Origin: an uncultured delta proteobacterium
GTDB lineage: Bacteria > Myxococcota_A > Polyangia > Polyangiales > JAFGIB01
DNA length: 64,000 bases
Reading direction: 5' to 3'
Assembly (NCBI GenBank): GCA_963778655.1
Contig: CAVZVA010000003.1
Coordinates: 352,001-416,000, forward strand
The notes under the pieces were generated by a model. It had not been told where the DNA came from. It saw nothing but the letters and a program-made list of their open reading frames with translations, and searched no databases. The position numbers and the translations under genes are program-made. This document shows, piece after piece, positions 47,218 to 58,247 of this stretch. How positions within the stretch are numbered: position 1 is the first letter of the stretch; the number at the start of each line of letters is the position of its first letter.

Positions 47218-49134
47218 ATGAACGGCAAGCGAGGTGCTCCGGAGGACGTCGCGAGCGTGCTGGGCGCGCTCGATCGGCCGGCGCGTGCGCTGGTGACCGC
47301 CGGCATGCCCTACGCCAACGGGCCACTGCACATCGGCCACCTGGCGGGCGCGCACCTGCCGGCCGACTTCTACGCGCGCTGGCTCGGCATGCTGATCGGG
47401 CGCGACAAGGTGCTGTACGTGTGCGGCACCGATGAGCACGGCTCGACCAGCGAGATCGCGGCGCTGCGCGCTGGCGTGCCGCTGCGGGAGTTCATCGACT
47501 CGATCCACGACCGGCAGAAGCGGACGCTCGATCGCTTCTGCGTCGGGCTCGACGTCTTCAGCGGCACCTCGCGCCCGGAGTGCTTTCCGCGCCATGCCGC
47601 GCACAGCCAGGAGATTCTGCGCAGGCTGCACGCAAACGGGTTGCTGCTGAAGCGCAGCAGCCGCCAGTGGTACGACCCCAAGGCCGAGCGCTTCCTGCCC
47701 GATCGCTTCGTGCGCGGGCGCTGCCCCAACCCCAAGTGCGACAACGAGGACGCCTACGGCGACGAGTGCGACCGCTGCGGGCACCAGCACGAGCCCTCGG
47801 AGCTGATCAGGCCTCGCAGCGCCGTGAGCGACGCCACGCCCGAGCTGCGCACCACCGTGCACTGGTACCTCGACATGTGGAGCGTGGCCGAGACCCTGCG
47901 GGCCTGGGTCGAGACCAAACACAAGGTCTGGCGCCCGAACGTGCTTGCGGAGGTGCTCGACAAGCTGCGCCCGGCGCTGCGCTTCGCGCGCGAGCACGAG
48001 CCCGCGTACAAGGCGATCAAGGCCGAGCTGCCTGCGCACAAGAGCAAGTACGCGCCCGGCCAGCAGATGGTGCTGCAGCTCGACAGCCGCGAGGCCCTGG
48101 CCGCCGCCGCCGCCGCGCTGCAACGCCACGGCATCGCCAGCGTACAGGTGGACGAGTGGGCGTATCGGGCGATCACGCGCGACATCCGCTGGGGCATTCC
48201 CGTGCCCGACGACCTCGACCCCGAGCTGGCGGGCAAGACGCTGTACGTGTGGCCGGACTCGCTGATCGCGCCGATCGCGTTCAGCGAGCTCGCGCTGATC
48301 GCCAAGGGGCTCGATCCCGCGGGCTACAGGGAGTTCTGGTGCGACCCCCGCGCGCGCGTGGTGCAGTTCCTGGGTCAGGACAACGTGTTCTTCTACGTGC
48401 TGATGCAGGGCGCGCTCTGGCTCGGCTCGCAGCCGGACCCGAGCCGGCTGCCGCTGCCCGGAGAGCTGCAGCTCACCGACGTGATGGGCTGCTTCCACCT
48501 GCTCGTCTCGGGCGAGAAGATGAGCAAGAGCCGCGGCAACTTCCTGCTCTGCGATCAGCTGCTGGACGAAAAGGGCTATACGGCCGACCAGATCCGCTAC
48601 TACCTCGCGCTGCTGGGGCTGCCCGACAAACCGTCGGATTTCGACTTCCAGAAGCTCGACGAGCGCAACAAGTTCCTGGCAGGGCCGATGAACGCCGCCT
48701 TCGAGCGCCCGATCTCGGCGGCGCACTCGAAGTTCTCGGGCAAGGTGCCTGCGGGCACGCTGCACGACAAAGTCGCGGCCGAGACGCTGCGCATCGTGCA
48801 GCGCTACACGCGCGCCATGCCGCGCGGAGACTACCCCAGCCTGCTGTTCGAGATCGAGAACTACGCGCGCATCATCAACAGCCTGTTCACGCAGTACAAG
48901 CCGCACGACGACCGCCACCCGGAGCCGTCGCGGCGCGATGCGCTGTTCTCGGCGTTTTACGTGCTCAAGAACTTGATGATCATGCTCTACCCGTTCGTGC
49001 CCGGCACGATGGAGCGGCTGCGCGAGTCACTACGGCTGCCACAGAGCGTGTGGTCGGTCGACCAGCTCGGCACCGGCATCGAAGGCGGCCACCAGCTCGG
49101 GGACAAGGCGGAGTACTTCCCGGCGGTGCGCTGA
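47218..49134 (+). CDS. metG: Methionyl-tRNA synthetase-like class I aaRS (divergent)
   Basis: PYANGPLHIGH, GTDEHG, LPDRFVRG.CP, Zn knuckle, ITRD..WGIPVP, KMSKS; no C-terminal Trbp111-like domain. Confidence 0.85.
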   Translation: MNGKRGAPEDVASVLGALDRPARALVTAGMPYANGPLHIGHLAGAHLPADFYARWLGMLIGRDKVLYVCGTDEHGSTSEIAALRAGVPLREFIDSIHDRQKRTLDRFCVGLDVFSGTSRPECFPRHAAHSQEILRRLHANGLLLKRSSRQWYDPKAERFLPDRFVRGRCPNPKCDNEDAYGDECDRCGHQHEPSELIRPRSAVSDATPELRTTVHWYLDMWSVAETLRAWVETKHKVWRPNVLAEVLDKLRPALRFAREHEPAYKAIKAELPAHKSKYAPGQQMVLQLDSREALAAAAAALQRHGIASVQVDEWAYRAITRDIRWGIPVPDDLDPELAGKTLYVWPDSLIAPIAFSELALIAKGLDPAGYREFWCDPRARVVQFLGQDNVFFYVLMQGALWLGSQPDPSRLPLPGELQLTDVMGCFHLLVSGEKMSKSRGNFLLCDQLLDEKGYTADQIRYYLALLGLPDKPSDFDFQKLDERNKFLAGPMNAAFERPISAAHSKFSGKVPAGTLHDKVAAETLRIVQRYTRAMPRGDYPSLLFEIENYARIINSLFTQYKPHDDRHPEPSRRDALFSAFYVLKNLMIMLYPFVPGTMERLRESLRLPQSVWSVDQLGTGIEGGHQLGDKAEYFPAVR

Positions 49135-49151
49135 GTCGTACTGCAGGAGAT

Positions 49152-49200
49152 TCAACAGGAAGGCGGGAAGACCAAACAGGTCCGCGCTTCCCGTTGACCC
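49152..49200. repeat. Dispersed inverted-repeat family, copy 3
   Basis: TCAACAGGAAGGCGGGAAG ... CTTCCCGTTGACCC between convergent genes. Confidence 0.72.
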
Positions 49201-49216
49201 TGGCGACGCCGGCCGC

Positions 49217-50350
49217 CTACTGCTGCGGGGCGATCAGGTACTTGTGGCCGGTGGCCTGCTTGCCGTACGTGGCGATCGCGGGCAGTGACAGCGCCTCCGC
49301 CAGCGACACCGCGCGGTCGTAGTGGCTGGCAAAGGTTGTCTTGACCTCGGCGGCGACGCGCGCGCGCAGCTGGCCTGCGCGCTCGGCGCCGGCCTTGACC
49401 AGGAACGGCGTCAGCAGCCAGCCGCCCACGCCCCAGGCCATGCCGTAGTTGCGTCGCAGCACGGTCGGTCCGCGGTCGAGGCCGCCGTAGATGTAGAGCT
49501 GCTTGTGCACGATGGTGCCGTAGCGGCTGTAGCCGCCGGCCTTCTGCCCCTGAGCGATCTCCATGCAGCCGAGGATCTGCCCGCCCACTTCTCCGCCGCC
49601 GATCGCGTCGAACGCCAGCGTGGCGTCGGTCGCCGCCAGGGCCTTGATCAGATCGCCCTGAAACGAAGGCGCGCTCGAGCTCAGCACGTGCTTGGCGCCC
49701 TGGCTCCGCAGCAGCTCGACCTGCTCGGGCCGGCGCACCACGTTCACCAGCTCGACCCCGTCGGCCAGGCACAGCCGGTTCAGCATCTGGCCGAGATTCG
49801 AGGCGGCCGCGGTGTGCACCAGCGCGCGGTGGCCCTCGAGCCGCATGGTCTCGACCATCCCCAGCGCCGTCAGCGGATTGACGAAGCACGAGGCGCCCTC
49901 GCGCGCCGTGGTCCCCTCGGCCAGCACCAGGCAGTCCGCTGCCCGCGCGCTCTTGTACTGCGCGTACATCGCGCCGCCGACCAGCGCCACCAGCTTGCCC
50001 AGCAGCGCCTGCGCCGCGGGCGAGGCGCCCGCCTCCACCACCGTGCCCGCGCCCTCGTTGCCGACCGGCATCGGCCGATCGACCCGTCCGGCCAGCATCC
50101 GCATCAAGCCTGCAGGGATGTCGGCGGTCACCACCGGGCGCTCGGGCGTGCCGGCCGCGCGCGCGGTGGTCATGTCTGCCATGCCGAACAGCAGGCCGAG
50201 GTCGGACGGGTTGATCGGGGCGGCCTCCACCCGCACCAGCACCTCGTCGGGCCCGAGCCGCGGGATCTCGGCCTCGTGCAGCGCGATCTCGAGCTTGTTG
50301 TCGGCCTTCACCGTGGAGCGAATCTGCAAGAAGCTGCCGCTTGTCGTCAT
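49217..50350 (-). CDS. Medium-chain (zinc-binding-like) NADPH oxidoreductase
   Basis: AAPINPSDL, GNEGAGTV, FVNPLTA, HTAAASNLG. Confidence 0.88.
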   Translation of the reverse strand: MTTSGSFLQIRSTVKADNKLEIALHEAEIPRLGPDEVLVRVEAAPINPSDLGLLFGMADMTTARAAGTPERPVVTADIPAGLMRMLAGRVDRPMPVGNEGAGTVVEAGASPAAQALLGKLVALVGGAMYAQYKSARAADCLVLAEGTTAREGASCFVNPLTALGMVETMRLEGHRALVHTAAASNLGQMLNRLCLADGVELVNVVRRPEQVELLRSQGAKHVLSSSAPSFQGDLIKALAATDATLAFDAIGGGEVGGQILGCMEIAQGQKAGGYSRYGTIVHKQLYIYGGLDRGPTVLRRNYGMAWGVGGWLLTPFLVKAGAERAGQLRARVAAEVKTTFASHYDRAVSLAEALSLPAIATYGKQATGHKYLIAPQQ

Positions 50351-50522
50351 GGCCTGCCCATCGTGCAAAGAGGAAACGCCCGCCCGCGCGGGCCCGCAGC
50401 ATAGCCGATCGCGGGGCCGCACGGGGCAGGGGCCGACACGGGCGTGCGCCGCGGCCTGGCAATTCTCGCACCGCGCGCCCGCAGGGAGGTAAGATGCGGC
50501 ACCGAAGGCGGGGTGCGCGCAA

Positions 50523-52139
50523 ATGCAGCAGAGCCCACAAACGGGGATGCCCGAGCAAGCTGCGGCGGCCGCACCAGCGGCCAAGACGCTCACCGTGGGC
50601 ATCCCGCGGGAGGTCTATCCGAGCGAGAAGCGGGTCGCGGCCACGCCGGCGACGGTGCAGCGCCTGCGCAAGCTGGGGCTGCAGGTGCTGGTCCAGGCCG
50701 GCGCCGGTGAGGGCGCCAGCCTGCTCGACGGCGCCTACCAGGAAGCCGGCGCGCGCGTGGTGCCCCTGGCGGCCGAGCTCTACGCCGAGGCGGACGTGAT
50801 TCTCAAGGTGCGCGCGCCCGAAGCGCTGGAAGGCGACGCACACGAGGTCGACCTGCTCAAGGACGAGGCCACCCTGGTGTGCTTCGTGTGGCCCGCGCAG
50901 AACAAGGAGCTGCTCGAGCGGCTGGCCAAGCGGCGCGTCACCTTGCTCGCCATGGACCAGGTGCCGCGCATCACGCGCGCGCAGAAGCTCGACGCGCTCA
51001 GCGCGATGGCCAACATCGCCGGCTACAAGGCCGTGATCGAGGCGGCCCACTGCTACGGGCGCTTCCTGGGCGGACAGATGACCGCCGCGGGGCGGGTCAA
51101 GCCGGCGCAGGTCTTGGTGGTCGGCGCCGGCGTCGCCGGGCTTGCAGCGGTGGCGGCGGCGCGCGCGCTGGGCGCGGTGGTGCGCGCCTTCGACACCCGC
51201 CCGCAGGTGCGCGAGCAGGTGGAATCGCTGGGCGGGCAGTTCATCGAGTTCGAATTCAAGGGCGAGTCGGGCGAAGGCGAAGGCGGCTACGCCAAGCAAG
51301 TCAGCGACGCCTATCTGGCGGCCGAGCAGGCGTTGATCGCGCAGCACTGCGCGCAGAGCGACGTGGTGATCTCGACCGCGCTGGTGCCGGGCAAGACCGC
51401 GCCCAAGCTGATTACCTCGGGCGCCGTGGTCGGCATGAGCCGCGGCTCGGTGGTGGTCGACCTGGCCGCCGAGCAGGGCGGCAACTGCGCGCTGAGCGAG
51501 CGCGATCGGGTGGTGGAGAAGTACGGGGTCACGATCCTCGGGCTCACCGACCTCACCAGCCGCATGGCACGCCAATCGAGCGAGCTCTACGCGACCACGG
51601 TAGCGAATCTGCTCGACGAGGTGGTGCACGAGGGCCGGCTCCAGGTCGACATGGAGGACGAGGTGCAGCGCGGGATGTTGGTGCTCAGCGCGGGCAAGCT
51701 GACCTGGCCTCCGCCGCGGCCAGTCAAGTCGCACGCGCCCACGCCCGCCACCCCGCAGCCCAACGCCGGCCTTCCGCCCGCAAGGCCCGAAGCCTCGCCC
51801 TGGGCGCGCCGGACCGCGGCGCTGCTGGCCGCGGCGCTGCTGGTGCCGATCGGCATGTACGCGCCGGCGGAGTTCCTGCAGCACTTCACCGTGTTCGTGC
51901 TGGCCTGCATCGTGGGCTGGCACGTGATCTGGAACGTGACCCCGGCCCTGCACACCCCGCTGATGAGCGTCACCAATGCGATCAGCGGCATCATCCTGAT
52001 CGGCGGCATGATGCTGACGCAGGGCGAGCGACTGAGCACCCCGGTGCTGCTGGCGGCGATCGCCGTGCTGATCGCCTCGATCAACGTGGCCGGCGGGTTC
52101 CTGGTGACGCAGCGCATGCTGAAGATGTTCCACCGATGA
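50523..52139 (+). CDS. pntA: NAD(P) transhydrogenase subunit alpha
   Basis: [45 protein letters not shown]. Confidence 0.97.
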   Translation: MQQSPQTGMPEQAAAAAPAAKTLTVGIPREVYPSEKRVAATPATVQRLRKLGLQVLVQAGAGEGASLLDGAYQEAGARVVPLAAELYAEADVILKVRAPEALEGDAHEVDLLKDEATLVCFVWPAQNKELLERLAKRRVTLLAMDQVPRITRAQKLDALSAMANIAGYKAVIEAAHCYGRFLGGQMTAAGRVKPAQVLVVGAGVAGLAAVAAARALGAVVRAFDTRPQVREQVESLGGQFIEFEFKGESGEGEGGYAKQVSDAYLAAEQALIAQHCAQSDVVISTALVPGKTAPKLITSGAVVGMSRGSVVVDLAAEQGGNCALSERDRVVEKYGVTILGLTDLTSRMARQSSELYATTVANLLDEVVHEGRLQVDMEDEVQRGMLVLSAGKLTWPPPRPVKSHAPTPATPQPNAGLPPARPEASPWARRTAALLAAALLVPIGMYAPAEFLQHFTVFVLACIVGWHVIWNVTPALHTPLMSVTNAISGIILIGGMMLTQGERLSTPVLLAAIAVLIASINVAGGFLVTQRMLKMFHR

Positions 52140-53572
52140 GCCTGCAAAGCGCGAGCACGCTGTCGTACGTCGCCGCGGGCGTGATGTTCGTGCTGAGCCT
52201 GCGCGGGCTGTCCACGCAGCAGAGCGCCCGCCGCGGCAACCAGCTCGGCACGATCGGGATGGTGGTCGCCGTGGTGGTCACCGCGATCGGCCTGCTGGGG
52301 CCGGGCCGCGGCGGCGGGGCGCACGCGGCCAGCGCACCTCTGGCGCCCCAGACGCTGGCCCTGCTCGGGGGCGCGATCGGCGTCGGCTGCGTGATCGGCG
52401 CGGTGCTGGCCGCGCGCGTGGCGATGACCTCGATGCCCGAGCTGGTCGCGATCCTACACTCCTTCGTGGGCGCGGCGGCGGTGCTGGTCGGCATCGCTAC
52501 CTTCATGGAAGGCGCGGCCGAGCTCACGCACGCGATCGAGATCTTCGTCGGCGTGTTCGTCGGCGCGGTCACCTTCACCGGCAGCGTGATCGCCTTTCTG
52601 AAGCTTCGCGGAACGCTCGGCGGCAGGCCGCTCGTGATCCCGGGCCGCCACCTGCTGAACGCGGCGCTGCTCGCGGCTTGCGTCGCGCTGTCGGTGCTCG
52701 GGATCGACGCCGGCGCGCACGGCGGCGGCGTGCAGGATCTGTGGCTCGAGGCCGGGCTCGCCGGCGTGCTGGGCATGCATTTGGTGCTGGCGATCGGCGG
52801 CGGCGACATGCCGGTGGTGGTCTCGCTGCTCAACAGCTACTCGGGCTGGGCCGCGGCGGCCGCCGGCTTCATGCTCTCCAACGACCTGCTGATCATCACC
52901 GGCGCGCTGGTCGGATCGAGCGGCGCGATCCTCAGCACCATCATGTGCCGGGCGATGAACCGCTCGATCTGGCACGTGGTCTTCGCCGGCTTCGGCGAAG
53001 GAGCGGGCGCCCCGGCCGCGACCGGCGCAGCCCCGCAGGGCAAGGTCAGCGAAACCCACGTGGAGGAGGTCGCCTCGCTGCTGCTGGGCGCCAAGAGCGT
53101 GATCATCGTGCCGGGCTACGGCATGGCGGTGGCGCAAGCGCAGCACCCGCTCAAGGAGGTCACCTCGGCGCTCCAGGCCAAGGGCGTCACGGTGCGCTAC
53201 GCGATCCACCCGGTCGCCGGACGCCTGCCGGGCCACATGAACGTGCTGCTGGCCGAGGCCAACGTCTCCTATGACATCGTCAAGGAGATGGACGAGATCA
53301 ACGACGAGTTCGGGCAGACCGACGTGGTGCTGGTGATCGGCGCCAACGACATCGTCAATCCGAGCGCGCTCGAGGACCCGCACAGCCCGATCTTCGGCAT
53401 GCCCGTGCTCGAGGCGTGGAAGGCCGCCAAGGTGGTGATGATGAAGCGAGGCATGAGCACCGGGTACGCCGGCGTCGACAACCCGCTGGTGTACAAAGAA
53501 AACACACTGATGCTTTTCGGCGACGCCAAGAAGAAGGTGCTGGAGTTGCTGGCTGTGTTGCAAACTCGCTGA
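52136..53572 (+). CDS. pntB: NAD(P) transhydrogenase subunit beta
   Basis: [46 protein letters not shown]. Confidence 0.97.
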   Translation: MSLQSASTLSYVAAGVMFVLSLRGLSTQQSARRGNQLGTIGMVVAVVVTAIGLLGPGRGGGAHAASAPLAPQTLALLGGAIGVGCVIGAVLAARVAMTSMPELVAILHSFVGAAAVLVGIATFMEGAAELTHAIEIFVGVFVGAVTFTGSVIAFLKLRGTLGGRPLVIPGRHLLNAALLAACVALSVLGIDAGAHGGGVQDLWLEAGLAGVLGMHLVLAIGGGDMPVVVSLLNSYSGWAAAAAGFMLSNDLLIITGALVGSSGAILSTIMCRAMNRSIWHVVFAGFGEGAGAPAATGAAPQGKVSETHVEEVASLLLGAKSVIIVPGYGMAVAQAQHPLKEVTSALQAKGVTVRYAIHPVAGRLPGHMNVLLAEANVSYDIVKEMDEINDEFGQTDVVLVIGANDIVNPSALEDPHSPIFGMPVLEAWKAAKVVMMKRGMSTGYAGVDNPLVYKENTLMLFGDAKKKVLELLAVLQTR

Positions 53573-53652
53573 AACACGGCCGAGCGGTGCCTTCACGGCG
53601 CGGCGCGCGTTTGGACGCTTGCGCCCCCTTTGCGACGGCGTATCGTGGCCGG

Positions 53653-55107
53653 GTGGAAAGCGCCGAAACGAGCTCGTTCGAGCCTGCGAGTCACGTACAA
53701 GCCGAAGCCGCGCTGCACGCGCTGTGGCGCGACGCGGGGCTCGGGCCGAAAGCGCTCGAGCGCGTGCAGCTGAGCGGAGCCGAGCCGGTGCTGCGCTCCT
53801 CGTTCGCGGTCGGCGTGGCGGCGCAGGCGAGCATCGCGGCCGCGGCGCTGGCCGCGACCGAGGTGCACCGCGAGCGCAGCGGCGTGGCGCAAACGCTGCG
53901 GGTCGACATGCGCGCCGCGGCGCTGGAGTGCCTGGGTTATTTCTCGCTCGACGGCCAGGTGCCGCGCGGGTTCGAGAAGCTCTCCGGGCTGTACCCGTGC
54001 GGCGGGGCGGCGGCGCCCGGTTTCGTGCGCATCCACGCCAACTTCGCGCACCATCGCGACCGGGCGCTGCGCCTGCTGGGGCTGCGCGAGGGCGAGCAGA
54101 CCGAGCGCGGCGAGGTCGAGGCCGCGCTGCAGAGCTGGAGCGCCGAGGACTTCGAGCACGCGGCCGCCGAGGCCGGCGCCGTGGTGGCTGCGCTGCGCAG
54201 CTTCGCGCAGTGGGACACGCACCCGCAGCGCGACGCGGTCGCCGCCGAGCCGCTGGTGGCGATCGACGCGATCGGCCCGGGCGATCCGCTGCCGCTGCCG
54301 GTGCAAGAAGCCAGCGAAGCGCCGCTGGCCGCGATCGGGGTGCTCGACTTGACCCGCATCCTCGCCGGACCGATCGCCGGTCGCACGCTGGCCGCGTACG
54401 GCGCGGACGTGATGCTGCTCAACGCGCCGCATTTGCCCAACATCGCGGCGATCGCCGACACCAGCCGGGGCAAGCTCTCGGCGCACGTCGACCTGCACAG
54501 CGAGCGGGACCGGGCCGCGCTCGATCGGCTGATCGCCGGCGCGCGGGTGTTCGTGCAGGGCTATCGGCCCGGCGCGCTGGCCGGCCTGGGCTATGGGCCC
54601 GCTGAGCTGGCCGAACGCCGCCCCGGTATCGTCTACGTCTCGTTGACGACCTACGGTGAGCGCGGCCCGTGGGCGGCCCGCCGCGGCTTCGACTCGCTGG
54701 TGCAGACCGCGACCGGCTTCAACGCCGCCGAGGGCGAAGCGCTGGGCGCGGGCCGGCCGCGCGCCTTGCCCGCGCCGATCCTCGACTGCGCCTCGGGCTT
54801 TCTGCTCGCGTTCGGCGTGCAGGCGGCCTTGCTGCGCCAGGGACGCGAGGGCGGGAGCTGGCACGTGCGCGTGTCGCTCGCGCGCACCGCACACTGGCTG
54901 CGCAGCCTGGGCCGCGTCTGCGGCGACGAGCGCGTGGAGCGCGCCGACCTCGCCGCCCGCAGCCAGCGCTACGCCTCGGGCTTCGGCGCGTTGCGCGCGC
55001 TACCGCACGCGGCCCAGCTCTCGCTGACGCCGGCCGAGTGGACCCGCCCTTCCATGCCGCCCGGCTCGCACCCTGCGGCCTGGCCGCCCGCCGACAGCGT
55101 GGCCTGA
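53653..55107 (+). CDS. Family III CoA transferase (CaiB/BaiF)
   Basis: VLDLTRILAGP, GADV, QGYRPG, RRGFDSLVQ. Confidence 0.9.
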   Translation: MESAETSSFEPASHVQAEAALHALWRDAGLGPKALERVQLSGAEPVLRSSFAVGVAAQASIAAAALAATEVHRERSGVAQTLRVDMRAAALECLGYFSLDGQVPRGFEKLSGLYPCGGAAAPGFVRIHANFAHHRDRALRLLGLREGEQTERGEVEAALQSWSAEDFEHAAAEAGAVVAALRSFAQWDTHPQRDAVAAEPLVAIDAIGPGDPLPLPVQEASEAPLAAIGVLDLTRILAGPIAGRTLAAYGADVMLLNAPHLPNIAAIADTSRGKLSAHVDLHSERDRAALDRLIAGARVFVQGYRPGALAGLGYGPAELAERRPGIVYVSLTTYGERGPWAARRGFDSLVQTATGFNAAEGEALGAGRPRALPAPILDCASGFLLAFGVQAALLRQGREGGSWHVRVSLARTAHWLRSLGRVCGDERVERADLAARSQRYASGFGALRALPHAAQLSLTPAEWTRPSMPPGSHPAAWPPADSVA

Positions 55108-55220
55108 CAGCGCCGCGCGCAGGAGGCACGACCGGTCGTGCGCCCGAGCTTGCCTCGGCCTCGGGCGGCTGGAAAGCTTGGCGTTCCTCACGAGCCCCTT
55201 GGAGCCATGCGAGGACGACC

Positions 55221-55616
55221 ATGCACCGGAGCCGACTTGCCACCATCGTGATCGATTGCGCTGCCGACGAGCACGCGCAGGGCGTGGAGTTCTGGAGCGC
55301 GGCGCTCGGCCGCGAAGCGATTCCCGATGAAGACACGCGCTATGTGTCGCTGCGCGGTCGCGTCGGCGGCGACGGCGGGCCCTACGTGCTGCTGCAAGCG
55401 GTGCCGCCCGTCGAGCGCGCAGTGCACCTGGACATCGAGACCGACGACGTCGAGCGTGAGGTCGCGCGTCTGGAGCGCCTCGGCGCACGCGTCAAAGCGC
55501 GGATCCGCCAGCACGTGGTGATGCTGGCCCCGTCGGGCCATGCGTTCTGTGTGGTGCCCGTGTACCGGCCCGACTTTCCGGCCAAGGCCACCAGCTGGGA
55601 CGACCCCGAGGACTGA
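55221..55616 (+). CDS. VOC/glyoxalase family protein
   Basis: FWSAALG, VHLDIETDD, APSGHAFCVV. Confidence 0.88.
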   Translation: MHRSRLATIVIDCAADEHAQGVEFWSAALGREAIPDEDTRYVSLRGRVGGDGGPYVLLQAVPPVERAVHLDIETDDVEREVARLERLGARVKARIRQHVVMLAPSGHAFCVVPVYRPDFPAKATSWDDPED

Positions 55617-55851
55617 CGCGCGCACGCCCCGGCCGCTCGATCCCCAACTATTGCCGGCCTGTGCAAACCGGACAGGATCGGCCGCGTGCGCCACACAACA
55701 CGCCATACAAGCCCCAGCTTTTTGCCCAATCACCGCCAAGTTGTTGCCCGAGACGACGCCGCCAAACGCCCGTAGGACTGCACTGTGTGTGTTGGTGCGC
55801 GGGCGCGCGCCGTCGCAAGACGGACGGGCTCGGCTCGGGAGGTTTTCGGCA

Positions 55852-56844
55852 ATGGGACGCAACAATCGTGGGTCGATCGCGTTGGGAATGCTGCTCGGCC
55901 TCACGCTCGCCGTGAGTGGCTGCGCACAAAAGGGGAGCTCGAACGGGAGTCCAGGCGCGGGCGGCGCCCAGCAGGCCGCGGGGCCCAGCGGCGCGGGCCC
56001 GGCGGGGACCGCGGGGACGCAGAGCGCGCCAGCCGCGGGCGGCAATACGAACCCCGACGGCGCCGGCGGCGGCTCGCCTGCAGCCTCAGCCGCAGGCGGC
56101 GCCGGTGCGGGCAGCGGCAGCAGTCAGCCCGCTGCGGACGGCTCGGGCGAGATGAGCAGCGCCGGCGCGGCCGCGCCCGCGGTGGACGGCGGTGCCGCGC
56201 CCGCAGGCGACGGCGGAGCCACGGCGAGCAGCGACGGCGGCACCCCGCCCGCGCACGGCGACCTCGGCAAGGGCGACGGCAGCGACGTCATCACCATCGG
56301 CGATTCCTGGATGCAGATCGCCACCAACGGCGGCGGCATCGAGGGCGGGCTCGATCGCGCCGGGACCAGCTACCGCCACTACGCGATCCCAGGCACCACC
56401 CTGATCAACGGCGACATTCCGGCCCAGTACGACCGCGCCAAGGCGGCAAACCCGAACATCGCCACCGTGATCATGACCGGCGGCGGTAACGACATCATGT
56501 TCACCGGCGGCTGCAACACCAAGGACGCCTGCACCATGAGCGTCCAGATGATCGTGGATGCGCTCGATCAGCTCTGGAGCACGATGGCCGACGACGGGGT
56601 CAAGGACGTGTTCTTCATCGATTACAGCAAGTACGCAGGCACCGCGCCCGCAGACACGCGTCCCGATACCGCACCGACCCCGCCGGTCTGCCTCAGCGGC
56701 CGCATCACCTGCCACTCGATCAACACCGACGATCTGGTGGGGCCCACCGACACCGTCGACGGGATTCACCCGACGCTGCCTGCCTGCGACGCCATCGCCA
56801 AGCGCACGCTGGACCTGATGGAGATGACGGGCGCGCGGCGCTAG
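55852..56844 (+). CDS. SGNH/GDSL hydrolase lipoprotein
   Basis: VSGC lipobox, IGDSW, TGGGND, DGIHP. Confidence 0.88.
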   Translation: MGRNNRGSIALGMLLGLTLAVSGCAQKGSSNGSPGAGGAQQAAGPSGAGPAGTAGTQSAPAAGGNTNPDGAGGGSPAASAAGGAGAGSGSSQPAADGSGEMSSAGAAAPAVDGGAAPAGDGGATASSDGGTPPAHGDLGKGDGSDVITIGDSWMQIATNGGGIEGGLDRAGTSYRHYAIPGTTLINGDIPAQYDRAKAANPNIATVIMTGGGNDIMFTGGCNTKDACTMSVQMIVDALDQLWSTMADDGVKDVFFIDYSKYAGTAPADTRPDTAPTPPVCLSGRITCHSINTDDLVGPTDTVDGIHPTLPACDAIAKRTLDLMEMTGARR

Positions 56845-57163
56845 ATATCGGGAGGGTCACGCGACCCTCCCGCCCGTTGGGCAAAGCCCAACGGGTCCCA
56901 CCCTCCTGCGGGGTTCGCTGCGCTAGATATCGGGAGGGTCACGCGACCCTCCCGCCCGTTGGGCAAAGCCCAACGGGTCCCACCCTCCTGCGGGGTTCGC
57001 TGCGCTCACTCGTGGATCGCGGCGCGCGCCTGCGCGTCCGGCTACGCGACCCTCCCGCCCGTTGGGCAAAGCCCAACGGGTCCCACCCTCCTGCGGGGTT
57101 CGCTGCGCTCACTCGTGGATCGCGGCGCGCGCCTGCGCGTCCGGCTACGCGACCCTCCCGCCC
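56838..57163. repeat. Tandem palindromic (REP/BIME-like) repeat cluster
   Basis: Three full copies plus a partial of a core containing CCCGTTGGGC-AAA-GCCCAACGGG; periods 82, 103, 103 nt. Confidence 0.92.
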
Positions 57164-57185
57164 CGCACTGGCGTAGACTCGGGGG

Positions 57186-58247
57186 ATGAAGATCCTCTAC
57201 GGGGTGGTGGGCGAGGGTATGGGCCACGCGATTCGCTCGCGCGTGGTGTTGGACCAGCTGTTCGCCCAGGGGCACCAGGTCGAGATCATGGCCTCGTCGC
57301 GCGCGGCGGACTTCCTCGCCAGGCGCTTTCCCGAGGTCCACCGCATCCACGGCCTGCACATCATCTACGACGAAAACCGCGTGCGCAAAGGCCACACCCT
57401 GTTTTCCAACGTGCTGCAAGGGGCTGCGGCGCTGCCTGGACAGATCCGCTCGTATTTCGACCTGATCGACGACTTCGCGCCGGAGGTGGTGATCAGCGAT
57501 TTCGAGTCCTGGGTCTACTTCTACGCGAAAGCCCACGGGCTACCGATCATCTCCATCGACAACATGCAGATCCTCAACCGCTGCCGTCATTCCGCCGACA
57601 TCACCCGCGGCATTCGCCCCGAGCTCGAGCTGGCGCGGGCGTTCGTGAAGAGCAAGCTTCCGTTCTGCAACCACTACCTGATCACCACGTTCTTCTACCC
57701 GCCGCTGCGGCGCAAACGCACGCAGCTGGTGCCGCCGGTGCTGCGGCCCGAGATCCTGGCGGCGCGGGCCAGCCGCGGCGAGCACCTGCTGGTGTACCAG
57801 ACGGCCGAAGGCCACGGCGCGCTGCCGCAGGTGCTCGCCGGCACCGGGCTCGAATGCCGGATCTACGGCTACCGGCGGGTAGCGCAGGAGGTGGCCGAGG
57901 GCCGGCTGCGCTACCTGCCCTTCGACGAGCAGGCGTTCATCGCCGACCTCGCCTCGGCGCGCGCCGTGATCTCCGGCGGCAGCTTCACCGTGATGAGCGA
58001 GTGCGTCTACCTTCACAAGCCGCTGCTGTCGGTGCCGGTGCACGGCCAGATCGAGCAAGTCGTCAACGCCCGCTACCTGCAGCACGAAGGCTACGGCCGT
58101 ACGGCCGAGCAGATCGACGCCGCCACACTGGCCACGTTCCTGGAAGCGCTGCCCGACTGTGAGCGCAAGCTTCAGGGCTACCAGCAAGACGGCAATCGCG
58201 TGCTGTTCGAGGCCCTGAGCGAGGCGCTCGCGCGCGTGGCCAGCTGA
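57186..58247 (+). CDS. MJ1255/VC2487-like GT-B glycosyltransferase
   Basis: MKILYGVVGEGMGHAIRS, ISDFE, GQIEQ..NA. Confidence 0.88.
   Translation: MKILYGVVGEGMGHAIRSRVVLDQLFAQGHQVEIMASSRAADFLARRFPEVHRIHGLHIIYDENRVRKGHTLFSNVLQGAAALPGQIRSYFDLIDDFAPEVVISDFESWVYFYAKAHGLPIISIDNMQILNRCRHSADITRGIRPELELARAFVKSKLPFCNHYLITTFFYPPLRRKRTQLVPPVLRPEILAARASRGEHLLVYQTAEGHGALPQVLAGTGLECRIYGYRRVAQEVAEGRLRYLPFDEQAFIADLASARAVISGGSFTVMSECVYLHKPLLSVPVHGQIEQVVNARYLQHEGYGRTAEQIDAATLATFLEALPDCERKLQGYQQDGNRVLFEALSEALARVAS

Noticed and set aside
56838..57163. CRISPR array
   Set aside because: Repeat unit too long, linkers are identical rather than unique spacers, no cas genes
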